A DNA stretch of 64,000 nucleotides, taken from contig BTWA01000008.1 of NCBI GenBank assembly GCA_045863295.1, positions 144,384 to 208,383 of the forward strand, in the 5' to 3' direction. The notes beneath the pieces are model-generated. The model did not search any database. It worked only from the letters and a program-made list of their open reading frames with translations, and was not told the DNA's origin. The position numbers and the translations under genes are program-made. Shown here piece after piece: positions 1-10,000 of the stretch (its first letter is position 1; every line of letters starts with the position of its first letter). The DNA is from Candidatus Hydrogenedentota bacterium (GTDB taxonomy: Bacteria; Hydrogenedentota; Hydrogenedentia; Hydrogenedentales; SLHB01).

Positions 1-3000
1 TCGTTCGGCGCATAGGTCTGTATGGTAAGTGCGCTGTACGCCCATTTGGAGGCCCAATCGTACGAATCCCAATCCGGCGACGCGGGATCGGCACTGTTGA
101 CAATGATGGCCTTTCGTGTCGGTGGCGCACCGACATGCACGGTGGTTGTATACGGTCCGGCTGTATTGCCGTTGCTATCCAAGGCGAAGATATCGACTTT
201 GTAAGCGCCTTCTTGGACGAACTGATCGTAGATTCCCTCGTAGCTTCCATCCGGCTGCAGCAGCATGTCCACTCGCGCACGATCAATGATGGCCATGGTG
301 GAAAAGAAAGCGCTGTAGGTTGGCGGTGTGACAATCGCCCATACACTTTCAATGCCGTCTTCGTCTTCAATATTGTCTGCCCAGATTATCGATTCGCTCA
401 CTCCGACGATGCTATGGTCGGGGTCATAGTTGCCGATGTCCGGCTCTTCCCAGTGCCTGTCAGTCCCTTTGCCAATGAAAACAGCGTTTGCGATGTCAAA
501 GTCCGCTTGCTCGTTGTCGATGTCGTTACCATTTGCGTCCATGCGCGGGTTTTGTCCGGACCATGTCATGGCTTGTTCAGCACGGTCGAACGCGGCGCCG
601 ACGGAGTCTCCGTTGAGAATCTGCATCCAAAAGAAGGTGGAAAAAGACAGCAGACCATTGGCCACAAAATTGGCGGCTTTTTCAATTCGAGTACTTGTGA
701 TAATGATCCGGCGGCCGGCATACTGCGGCAGCGACAGCGATTCCAGAAATGAGCCCGATTCGCATGCGTCATACACAATGACAAGCGTGCCGCTGATGTT
801 GTCCTGAATGGTGTTCAGCCATGTGGCCAAATCGCTCTCGGAGAGAATTTCGTTGGATTCATTCAGCCGGAATTTGCCTGGAGCGCCGTGATCAACCAGA
901 TACACCACCACGTTGTCGACGGCTTCCCCATTTACGGGCTCAATGGCTTTCTGGGTTAGCGAGAATTCAACTTCGGTATTGGTGGCCCATGCGTCGATGT
1001 CGTGCGTTGCATCTCCGTCGAGGGAGAGATTGATGACCGGCGACACGGTATAGATGGCTGTGCGCACAATGCCTTGCTGCGTCATAGCCTTAAAGGCGGA
1101 ACTGGCCGCCGAGGTGGTCGCCGACCAGAGGCGATTGCCTTCGTAGGGACCGCCGCCCAGAACCAGTACGGCGCGGTTGATATCCGGTTCGGGGAGCGGC
1201 GCTTGTGCACGCCGGTACTTTTGTACGCGGAAGTTGTTTGAATCTGCAATGTACAGGGAATGGCTGGAGTCTGTTGCCATTCCGCGCGGCGTGTCGAATT
1301 GTCCTAGATCAAAGCCGTAGGATCCAAATGCCTCGAGAAATCCGCCGTTGGCGTCAAAGCGTTGAATTCGGTGACCACCAACGTCCGATACAAAGACGGA
1401 TCCATCCGAAGTGACCGCCAGTCCCGCGGGTGCCTCGAAACGACCATACCCCGTTGTTCCTGTGGAAGAGTACCAGAGGCTACCCCAGCTAAACTCAAAA
1501 TCTCCGTTGGCGGCAATCTTAATTACGCGTCGCCGCCCCGCATCGAGTGCGTAGAAGGATCCATCGTCAAGTACGGCCACGTCGGCGAGAGCGTAAACCT
1601 GGGCCGGGCCGTAACCCACTTCACCCCATTCATCCAACAACGCTCCGGTCACGCCGTCAAATACTTCGAAACCATCGCTGTAAATGGCATAGACCGTATC
1701 GTCGGGCCCGGCTGAGACGGCGACCAATTCCCGGCTCACAGTCCACGTGTCTTGAAACGAGCCGTTTAGATCGAATCGCTGAATACAGTCGTTTCCGTTG
1801 TCGGCGGCAAACAGGTGGCCGCCTGAAGTAATAGCGACATCAACCAGCGCGTCAAACTCTCCTTCACCGGTGCCCTGAGTGCCAAAACTTGTCCAGATGC
1901 CGGAAGTGGAATCACGCCGCTGTATGCGCCAGTTTTCGCTGTCGGCAACGTACAGAGAGTTGTCTGAAGCGACGGCCACGCCGAGTGGTTTGCGGAATCT
2001 GCCCGGGAGAACGCCGCCCTTGCCCCATTCTTTCTTGAATGTGCCGTTCTCATGGTACTTTTGCACGGCTTGCGAATCGCCCAGTACATATACGGATCCG
2101 GCGGAATCCACCGTCATATCTGTAAATTGATAGCCAAACGCGTTCCACGTAAGCACGACATTGCCAGCGTTGTCCAATTTACGGATTACGCCAAGATTGT
2201 CCATAACCCATACTGATCCGTCGGCGTGCGTGGACACTGCAACAAGTGTACCTGTTGTGGGCACATTCCAACTCGAGTATGGCGCACCTACTCCGTCGAA
2301 ACGCTGAATGGCGGTTCCACTTATTACGTACACGGTGCCGTCAGGGCCGACTGCGATGTCGGTTCCCGAACCGGCCCAGTAGGCAAGGACGTCGGTCGTG
2401 TTGGCGCGGTAAATCAGGCCTCCCGCGAATATGCCGAAGCCGCTTCCGTCCGGACCGCCGGCGACGGCTGTGCCTTGCAAGTTCACGTAGCGAGTTAGGA
2501 AGGCTCCGTTTCGATCGAAAAGCCGGACATGGAACGAATCAGCCACAATTACGATGCCTTGATTCGTCACCGCGATGTCAACCGGTCCAAGAAATTCCCC
2601 TTCATCGAACCCGTATTTGCCCCAGGTGAGCAGGAATCGGCCGCTGCTGTCGGTCTTTACGACGCGGTGGTTGTCGGTGTCTGCAACGTACACGTTGCCG
2701 TCCGAGTCGACGGCGATACCTCTCGCTGACGGTGAATACGCCGTTCCACCTGTCGGGGTATCCGGCCACATACGATCGAATTCGTACAGAATGGAAGAAG
2801 GATCGATCGGACCGTACAGATTCAACGTTACGTATCCATCGCTGTTGTCGACAACAATGTAATACGTTTCACCCTGAATGGCCTGGAATCCGACAATTGT
2901 GATTCCTTGGGCAATTACCGTTAGTCCGCCCAATGCGTTCCCGGTAACGATGGAGATTAATGTGGAATACTGACTGCCATATGTATTGACTTCCACTTGC

Positions 3001-6000
3001 CCGTCGGCGGGGGCCGTCCATCGCCACCAGATGGAATCATTCCGTTGGCCGTAGACGTAGTCGGGTTCACCGTCTTCCCCGGTTGCACCTTCTGCATTGA
3101 CGACGGATTGCGCCGTTGCCCCGGAGAGCTGGATGGCATTGGCAAAGTTATCGTTGGGTGGCGGCGGCATTTCAGACCAGTTCAGCACTATGGCGCCGAC
3201 GCTGGTCCCGTAGTAGTCCTTGCTCACCCGAATGAAGTAGGTGATTCCCGACACGACATCGACAGTGACACGGCTTGCAGGCTCGGGGCGAGACGTAGAG
3301 CTTATGGGCAATTCCGTCAGTCTATCTACCGATTCTCCGGAATAGACTTCCAGAAGAGTTCCAAACTCGCTGCCTTCTGTCGTAAACGTGTACTCTCGCG
3401 TTAACGGGGCCGTCCATCGCCACCAAATAGAATAGTTGGAACTGGAGTACGTTGGTTCGTTCCATTCCGTCGTTGCACCCAGGTTGGTACTGCTGGACTG
3501 TCCATTTGATCCGGTTATGACTATGGCGTCTTCAAATAAATCGTTTACAGGCGCGTTTGCACTCGACCAGTTCAACCGAAAATTGCCTATCGCCGCATTG
3601 AAACCATCAATTGCGATAAAATAGGTGGTACCTTCCACCGCGGCAAACGTAGCCTCGCTGATTCCTACGGTGTTCGAACCTCGATTATCGTTTGCGGCGA
3701 TTTGAGTCAGGGCGTCGACAGACTCGCCGGTGTAAATCGCAAGCAGAGTGTCAAAGTTGCTGCCAGTCGTATTAAACGTGACACTAGCGCTTTCGGGAGC
3801 GGTCCACTTACGCCAGACAGAACGTCCGCCGGCATTCCCTGCGTGGTTGGGTTCGCCCGTCTCTTTAGACGCATTCAAGTTTGCGCCGGAGGTCACACCC
3901 TGTAATCCACTCACGGACGTGGCGCTCGCGAAGTCGTCGCCAGTAGACACGACAGTCAGTGCCCAATCCAAAGAGACGCCGCCTCTCGCATCGTCGTAGC
4001 CATCCACGGCAATGTAGTAGGTTTGTCCTTGCTGTGCGGTAAATGCTACTCGGCTGGTATAGTTGCTTCCAAAGTGGGCATTGTCATTTGACGCCAAGAG
4101 CGAAAGATTATCAACAGAACTGCCGGTATATACGGCAAGCAGGGTGTCAAAGTTGGTGGAGATCGTGTAGAACGAGTAATCGCCGTCGGACGGCGCAACC
4201 CAACTCCACCAGACAGAACGTCCGCCCGCATTGCCCGCGTGATCAGGCTCACCCGGTTCCTTGGTGGCGCTGTAATTCGTGGCGTATGCGTTGCCCGAAG
4301 CACCTGAGATGCCAATAGCGTCGGCGAAATTGTCGTTGGCCCTGCGCCATCGCAGCGTGGGAATACCCGATGCGCCATCGCGTCCGTCGACGGCGATGAA
4401 GTACGTTGTGCCTGTCTGGGCATCAAATGTCAATTCGCTTCTATTATTGGCGGAATTGTTTGCATTATCGTTCGACGCAATTTCGCTGAGACTATCTACG
4501 GACGCTCCTGTGTAGACTGCGAGAAGTGTGTCAAAATAGCTTCCGAATGTATCGAATAGCACCGGCATCGGCGCGCTCGGAGTCCATCGAAACCAGATGG
4601 ATCTTTCACCCGAATTCGCCGCATGGTCCGGCTCACCCGCCTGCTTGGTCGCGGATGCCGTCGACCGCGTTATACTCCCAGACTCGCCGGAGATTTCTAC
4701 CGCATCGTCGTAGTGGTCGTTGGACGGGCGCCAATTCAGATACAAGGGTGAATTGTACCAGGATGAAACCAAGTCGACAGCTATCCAGTATTCCGTGCCT
4801 GCGTTTGCGTCGAATGTTACCTCGCTTTCGTAAGATCCGTTGTACGCATTGTTGTTCGAAGTGACTGGGGTCAAAGCATCCACCGACGAGCCGGTATAGA
4901 CTGCAAGCAACGTATCGTCGTAGGTTCCAAAGGTATCGAACGTGATCCGAACCGGCGTCGCGGAAGCCCAACGCCACCAAAGCGACTTACCACCGGGATG
5001 GCCGGCATGATCGGGTTCACCGGTTTCTTTAGTCGCGTAGTAGTTGTATTGTGAAGTGTTTCCTGCACTCCCTTGCAATGGCTGTGCATTGCCAAAATCG
5101 TCATTGTAGAGCGACCAGTTCAGTGTAAAGGCGCCGCCACTCCCACTGTACCGATCAAGTGCGATGAAGTACGTCGTACCGGCCACGGCATTGAGAAAAA
5201 GACGGCTGCTGCCATATGAAGAAGCAATGGCGGACAAATCATTCACGTCGGTTCCTGTATAAACGGCCAGTAGAGTCGTGAACGTAGAACCAACGGTGTC
5301 AAATACAAACGTAGAGTCTGAAGGCGCCTCCCAACGCCACCATACCGAGCGGCCGCCGCTGTATCCCGCATGGTTGGGCTCTCCTGCTTGCTTTGTTGCC
5401 AACGCATTCGACCCAGTCGTTTGGCCCGTCGCTCCTGTAAGGCTGATGGCGTTCGCGAAGTCGTCGTTCTCCGGCGGAGTATTGGCAAACCATTTCAGCG
5501 TGATGGATCCCTGACTTGTTCCTGGGCCGTCAACGGCGATGTAGTAGGTGGTGCCAGTCGTTGCGTTGAAAATGATTTGGCTCTGCAAACCAACTGCGTC
5601 GTCGTTTGCCCCAACACTGACCAGTGAATCCAGTGCGGAGCCTGTGTAAGCGGCTAGAATCGTGTTAAAGCTGCTGCCCTCGGTATTGAAAATGCATTCA
5701 CCTGTAAACGGTGATGTCCATTTCCACCACGCAGATTGTGATCCTTCAGACCCGAAATGGAATGGCTCGCCCGCTTGCCTGGTCGCGGAGATATTGGAAC
5801 CCGAAATCTGTCCCGTGCTGCCGGTAATTTCGATGGCGTCGGCGAAGTTGTCATTTGCTGGCGGAGATTGTTGAAGCCAATTGAGGACAATGCTTCCTTG
5901 GTTCGACCCGTAGCCGTCCACCGCAATGTAATAGGTCGTACCGGATACCGCCAGAAAACTGATTGCACTTTGGGTGCCTGGGCCGCTGTCATCGTCGTTG

Positions 6001-6428
6001 TCCATAAGCGTGTAATCTTCGATGGACGTTCCGGTGTATGCGGCGAGAATGGTGTCGAAATTGCTCCCCGCGGTATCGAACACGACTAGACCGCTAGCCG
6101 GAGCGGTCCACTGCCACCAGACTGAGCGACCGCCGGTGCTGCTCCAATGGAAAGGCTCGCCCACTTCGAAGGTCGCGTTTACGTTGGTGCCGGTGGTTTG
6201 ACCGTTGCCGCCCACAAGGATCAGGGCTGCTGCAAGGTTGTCGTTTACGGGGGCTTGGGCACGCGCGATTGCACAGGAAAGCGCGGCAACAAAGACCAGC
6301 GCCAATTTCCGAAGCCAATTCAGAGATGTTGCCGCACGGAACCCGTTCCCGTACGGTGACGGGTCCGCACTTGGCTGGATTGTAGTGTCTTTACGCCTAC
6401 TGCAACCGTCGATGCGGAGTCTGGACAT
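1..6428 (-). CDS. Giant secreted multidomain protein (>2140 aa, 3' end outside window): 9 PPC-like beta repeats, NHL-repeat propellers, C13/legumain-like (clan CD) cysteine peptidase domain, start of a second C13-like domain
   Basis: Manual translation of representative segments from ATG at 6428: MSRLRIDG...KLALVFVAALSCAIARA-QAPVNDNLAAA. No stop was met in the segments read, and the ORF track has no terminated ORF in this frame. NHL motifs GIAVDSDGNVYVADTDNHRV and GMATDSSHSLYIADSNNFRVQKY. Peptidase motifs RAVLVLGGGPYEGNRLW, YLVDHG (His at 888-890) and VYDACESGSF (Cys at 762-764). Confidence 0.9.
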   Translation of the reverse strand, partial: MSRLRIDGCSRRKDTTIQPSADPSPYGNGFRAATSLNWLRKLALVFVAALSCAIARAQAPVNDNLAAALILVGGNGQTTGTNVNATFEVGEPFHWSSTGGRSVWWQWTAPASGLVVFDTAGSNFDTILAAYTGTSIEDYTLMDNDDDSGPGTQSAISFLAVSGTTYYIAVDGYGSNQGSIVLNWLQQSPPANDNFADAIEITGSTGQISGSNISATRQAGEPFHFGSEGSQSAWWKWTSPFTGECIFNTEGSSFNTILAAYTGSALDSLVSVGANDDAVGLQSQIIFNATTGTTYYIAVDGPGTSQGSITLKWFANTPPENDDFANAISLTGATGQTTGSNALATKQAGEPNHAGYSGGRSVWWRWEAPSDSTFVFDTVGSTFTTLLAVYTGTDVNDLSAIASSYGSSRLFLNAVAGTTYFIALDRYSGSGGAFTLNWSLYNDDFGNAQPLQGSAGNTSQYNYYATKETGEPDHAGHPGGKSLWWRWASATPVRITFDTFGTYDDTLLAVYTGSSVDALTPVTSNNNAYNGSYESEVTFDANAGTEYWIAVDLVSSWYNSPLYLNWRPSNDHYDDAVEISGESGSITRSTASATKQAGEPDHAANSGERSIWFRWTPSAPMPVLFDTFGSYFDTLLAVYTGASVDSLSEIASNDNANNSANNRSELTFDAQTGTTYFIAVDGRDGASGIPTLRWRRANDNFADAIGISGASGNAYATNYSATKEPGEPDHAGNAGGRSVWWSWVAPSDGDYSFYTISTNFDTLLAVYTGSSVDNLSLLASNDNAHFGSNYTSRVAFTAQQGQTYYIAVDGYDDARGGVSLDWALTVVSTGDDFASATSVSGLQGVTSGANLNASKETGEPNHAGNAGGRSVWRKWTAPESASVTFNTTGSNFDTLLAIYTGESVDALTQIAANDNRGSNTVGISEATFAAVEGTTYFIAIDGFNAAIGNFRLNWSSANAPVNDLFEDAIVITGSNGQSSSTNLGATTEWNEPTYSSSNYSIWWRWTAPLTREYTFTTEGSEFGTLLEVYSGESVDRLTELPISSTSRPEPASRVTVDVVSGITYFIRVSKDYYGTSVGAIVLNWSEMPPPPNDNFANAIQLSGATAQSVVNAEGATGEDGEPDYVYGQRNDSIWWRWTAPADGQVEVNTYGSQYSTLISIVTGNALGGLTVIAQGITIVGFQAIQGETYYIVVDNSDGYVTLNLYGPIDPSSILYEFDRMWPDTPTGGTAYSPSARGIAVDSDGNVYVADTDNHRVVKTDSSGRFLLTWGKYGFDEGEFLGPVDIAVTNQGIVIVADSFHVRLFDRNGAFLTRYVNLQGTAVAGGPDGSGFGIFAGGLIYRANTTDVLAYWAGSGTDIAVGPDGTVYVISGTAIQRFDGVGAPYSSWNVPTTGTLVAVSTHADGSVWVMDNLGVIRKLDNAGNVVLTWNAFGYQFTDMTVDSAGSVYVLGDSQAVQKYHENGTFKKEWGKGGVLPGRFRKPLGVAVASDNSLYVADSENWRIQRRDSTSGIWTSFGTQGTGEGEFDALVDVAITSGGHLFAADNGNDCIQRFDLNGSFQDTWTVSRELVAVSAGPDDTVYAIYSDGFEVFDGVTGALLDEWGEVGYGPAQVYALADVAVLDDGSFYALDAGRRRVIKIAANGDFEFSWGSLWYSSTGTTGYGRFEAPAGLAVTSDGSVFVSDVGGHRIQRFDANGGFLEAFGSYGFDLGQFDTPRGMATDSSHSLYIADSNNFRVQKYRRAQAPLPEPDINRAVLVLGGGPYEGNRLWSATTSAASSAFKAMTQQGIVRTAIYTVSPVINLSLDGDATHDIDAWATNTEVEFSLTQKAIEPVNGEAVDNVVVYLVDHGAPGKFRLNESNEILSESDLATWLNTIQDNISGTLVIVYDACESGSFLESLSLPQYAGRRIIITSTRIEKAANFVANGLLSFSTFFWMQILNGDSVGAAFDRAEQAMTWSGQNPRMDANGNDIDNEQADFDIANAVFIGKGTDRHWEEPDIGNYDPDHSIVGVSESIIWADNIEDEDGIESVWAIVTPPTYSAFFSTMAIIDRARVDMLLQPDGSYEGIYDQFVQEGAYKVDIFALDSNGNTAGPYTTTVHVGAPPTRKAIIVNSADPASPDWDSYDWASKWAYSALTIQTYAPN
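2820..6255 (-). repeat. Nine tandem intragenic ~125-aa repeats (PxNDxFAxA...SVWWxWTAP...FDTxLAxYTG...YYIAVDG), PPC-like
   Basis: Units begin near 6252, 5865, 5477, 5110, 4728, 4343, 3945, 3552 and 3168, a period of about 370-400 bp. They are diverged at DNA level and the last unit is degenerate. Confidence 0.85.
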
Positions 6429-6527
6429 GTCTTACCTGACTTCCCTTCTCCCCACGACGATATATTGCCTATGGTTCATTCGGTTTTCGCCGCACCTTGG
6501 CAAATCTCGAATGTCGAAAATCTAACG

Positions 6528-6745
6528 ATCGGGATGTTTGCTGCTGATGCCGTCAGCCCGCGAACATCCCGATTGTGTACACCCGCTGTGGGTGCAAAAC
6601 GTGTCATGCTCTCTTAAGTGGAGAGTATGGCTGTACCAATCCTGAGCCCGCGCCGCGTCAAATTCGCCGCATGAATCCATCCTTTCCGCTGTCTCCCAGC
6701 CCCGCATTTCTCACCGCGCCAGCGAACGGCGCAGTGAGAAACGGG
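6528..6745 (-). other. Long structured 5' leader with four stem-loops
   Basis: Inverted repeats at 6707-6741 (14 bp), 6603-6631 (11 bp), 6578-6596 (7 bp) and 6528-6573 (11-bp perfect base plus inner stem). They lie between the sigma54 promoter and the ATG at 6428. Confidence 0.55.
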
Positions 6746-6790
6746 AACTCACCCCAAGGCCCCATCCCGGCCAAGTGCTGAGTAGTAAAG

Positions 6791-6806
6791 GCAATTGGCG
6801 TGCCAA
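6791..6806 (-). promoter_or_regulatory. sigma54 (-24/-12) promoter of the giant peptidase gene
   Basis: Minus strand TTGGCACGCCAATTGC, an exact match to TGGCAC-N5-TTGC. Intergenic and correctly oriented. Confidence 0.85.
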
Positions 6807-6899
6807 TCGGCAGGAAATCTCGACACATTCATAAGTCATTGCCCCTATTTTGGTTACAAAAAGCCAAGATGTATGCCAACCTGCAATCTCATGTGAACC

Positions 6900-6937
6900 T
6901 GTTCAGTTTCTGGACTGGATGTGTTCAACTATTGAAC
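6900..6937. promoter_or_regulatory. Tandem palindromic upstream activator sites (putative bEBP enhancer)
   Basis: TGTTCAGTTTCTGGAC and TGTTCAACTATTGAAC, 22 bp apart, 95 bp upstream of the sigma54 box. The same motif and spacing recur at 11214-11251. Confidence 0.75.
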
Positions 6938-7024
6938 TTTTTGGGTCTGAGGTATAGGAAATGGGCAGGAAGACCACACTATTTGCTCGAACTCCTCACC
7001 GTAGAACTAACAACCGCTGTGTGG

Positions 7025-10000
7025 TCACGTGGGTAAGGGAATTCCAATCCAGGTGGCCGATGTGAGCCGTTTTATCCACCCGAAAGTGCCCCTGTTGTTT
7101 CCGGCCCAGACCGGAACGGCGCGTAAGAGAAGTTCGTTCAAGCGGTCGATTGGTATTTGACCAAAACCGGCGCACGCGAGTGACTCTTGAAGTCCTGGCA
7201 GATCTTCTTTAGTCCAGTTGGGACTGCCTTCGCGCGAAAATGCGCGCGAAATCTCGTCGGGCGTGGCCAACCGGTCACGAGAAAGTGTGATACTGGCCGG
7301 CACGTGGCATTCAAAGAAGGTATTCAAGAGCGTTTCGGCACGTTCAAGCGGCATGCGGGCGGCAAGCGTGTAGTCCATTTGCCACAGTCGCAATCTTCCT
7401 GAAGTCGAACCTGCCACGGCGTGACTTCCGTTGCGGGTAAAGCAAACGGAGGTTTGGGGATCTCCCGGCGCGTTAAATACGGCGGTCATTTTCCCGGTAC
7501 GTGCGTCCCAAATGCGGATATCTCCACCTTCCTCCGCGGCGACTGCGTACTTGGAATCGTAGCTCAGGGCGAGTTTGTTGACATTGCCGGTTTCACCTTC
7601 GAACACGCGAGCACATGCCCATGTGCACAGATTCCAAAGGCGCAGGTCGGCCTGCTGACTCCATAGATGCCCACCGGCGGACATCATGTACCGGCCATCT
7701 CCGCTGATTGAAAGCGATCGGATTTTACCCTTGCCACCCGACAATACGCGCACGCAGTCTCCGGTGGCAGGCGAGTACACGCGGATGGCGCCGTCGGAAC
7801 AGCCCACGAGGAGGTACTTGCCGTCGGGCGTCCAGACCAGGCAGTCGGACTCGACCGATGTGCTTGTGATGGCAATGAGGCATTGCGATGTAGCGAGATC
7901 CCAGATGCACAAGTCAATTCCACCGATGGCGGCAAACCGCGGATCGGGACTCATGCAAATCGCTTCAATCTGTGCCAACGCCGAGTTGCCGGCTATCGTC
8001 CTGATGCGACGCCCGGATCTTAGCTCCCACAGGCGCACGGTTCCATCCGAGCTTCCGGAAAGGAGAAAGCGCCCGTTGGATGCAGAACACAAGCAGGTTA
8101 TGCGATCGGAATGCCCGTGTAATTCCACGATCATACGTTGCTCAAGCACATCCCAAACCGCGATTTTTCCGTCTTCACCACCGGTCGCCAGAATACGTCC
8201 ATCCCCTACCGTGGCCATGCTGGTAATGGCGCCTGCGTGTTGTTCGAGGTCCGCATACTCCCAGCACCCCACGGAATCAAGGCGTGGAAGTTTGGTGTAG
8301 AGTTCGGTCCAGACACGCATGGCTGAATTGTTTCGTTCGTACCCTTTGACTTCGCGTGCCAGCCTGGCCTCTTGCCAAGCGCGTTCCCACTCCGAATCAG
8401 CCATGGCTGATTTGACATTCGCAAGGTGTTTTTCAAAGGTAACCTGATTGGTAATGGCATCTTCGCTGCTAACGGCATGGGAAAGCATTAGCGGGGCAGG
8501 TCGAGGGTTAAGGTCTTTGGATACGCGCCAAGAGAACAGGTTTCCGGACTCGTCGCCCGAAAGGGCATACATGCCCTTTATGCACAGGTCAACGCTCGTA
8601 ACGGGATCCTTGTGCCCCTCTAACGTGCAAAGGCAACGGCCGCTGCTTGTTTCCCATAGGCGTAATGCGCCGTCCGCCGATCCTGAGACCAATACTCGTG
8701 CATCAATGGAAAGGGCAATACTTTTGACGGGTTTCTGTCCGTATTGGAATGTCCTGACACATTCGACGGTATTGAGATCCCATAGTTTTATTTGACCGTC
8801 CACACCGGACGAAGCGAGATATCGCCCGGAAGCGCACACCGACAAACCAGTTACATGGCATTCGTGCGCCAAAAAGGAAAGTGTGGTTTCTTCGGACTTC
8901 AGATCCCAGATTCGGACACTTCCGTCAATACTGCCTGAGATCACGATTCCCAATTCAGGTTGAAATGACATGCAATTCACGGATCCTCGATGACCGCGGA
9001 GTACAGTGGCTCCGGAGACGCCTTCCACCCGCCAAAACCGCAATGCCGCGTCTTCGTGGCCCGAGACTATTATGTTTCTCGTTGTGGACAAGGCGACACA
9101 CGAAACCGTGCCGCCTTTGCCGTCCATGTCGCGAATGCATTCAGCGCGGCCAATATCCCACAGGCGTACCGTGCCATCGACGCAACCAGACAAGGCCACA
9201 GTACCGTGCCTGGACAGATAGACGGACGCAACGGACTTTCGGTGACCTTTGAGCTTTCGCACACAATTTCCGGTCTTCAAATCCCACAGCTTGACGGTAT
9301 TGTCTTTGCTTCCCGAAAGCGCATACCGGCCGTTTCGACTGATTCGCGCACTGCTGACGCCGTCACGGTGCGCGGCGATAATTCGCTGTAATCCGCGACC
9401 TTCGTCTTTTGCGGCCTCCCAGGTTTCACGCAAATACCGTGAGGCTTCGTCGTGAGATTCTCCTGTACTCTTGAATTCGCTCAACGCCGACGAGTAGTCT
9501 CCGCGTTCCGCATGAATCATCGGCAGGACTTTGTTGACCAGTTGCCGGCCATTTTCCGAGTTTCGGACGGGATGTAGCAGATCGATCAGGTCGGTATCGG
9601 AGATTGCGCCCTTGCGCCATCGTAGTAGCCCCAGGTTGTATGTGGATTCCGCGTGCCCAGGAGCGACAAGCAAGGCTTTTTTCCACTGTTCAATGGCCTT
9701 GTCGTGTTTGCCTAGGTCCATTAGGGAGACGGCCCTGTTATTCATTCCGGTCGGAGGGTGAGTTACATCCGGGGGTTGAGCTAGCGGAAAGGCCTCATCC
9801 GCGACATCCTGGTACAATTCCTTCAGTGCCTCTGCAGGCTCCAGTATGCTTGCTGGCCTGCTTCGTACTTCGTCCTGACAACAGTGCCAGAGGACTTCAA
9901 ACAGTCTTGCCGGGACAAGTGGAAGCAATGGGCCCGGTCGCTGACCCCGAATGCATTTTTCAATTGCCGTGCGGCCATCCGGCCCGTGCTTCCACATACG

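Noticed and set aside
2820..6255. Periodic repeats as a possible CRISPR or DGR-type array
   Set aside because: The repeats are ~380-bp in-frame protein domains diverged at DNA level; no cas or reverse transcriptase gene is present.
22..6525. Many short plus-strand and off-frame ORFs in the track
   Set aside because: They are shadows of the single giant minus-strand gene.
6522..6707. 61-aa minus-strand ORF inside the leader
   Set aside because: Weak SD, no recognisable motif, and it runs through the hairpins; it cannot be supported as a gene.
6796..6811. Plus-strand GG-N10-GC (TGGCGTGCCAATCGC) overlapping the sigma54 box
   Set aside because: Weaker match, no plus-strand gene downstream, and explained by partial symmetry of the minus-strand box.
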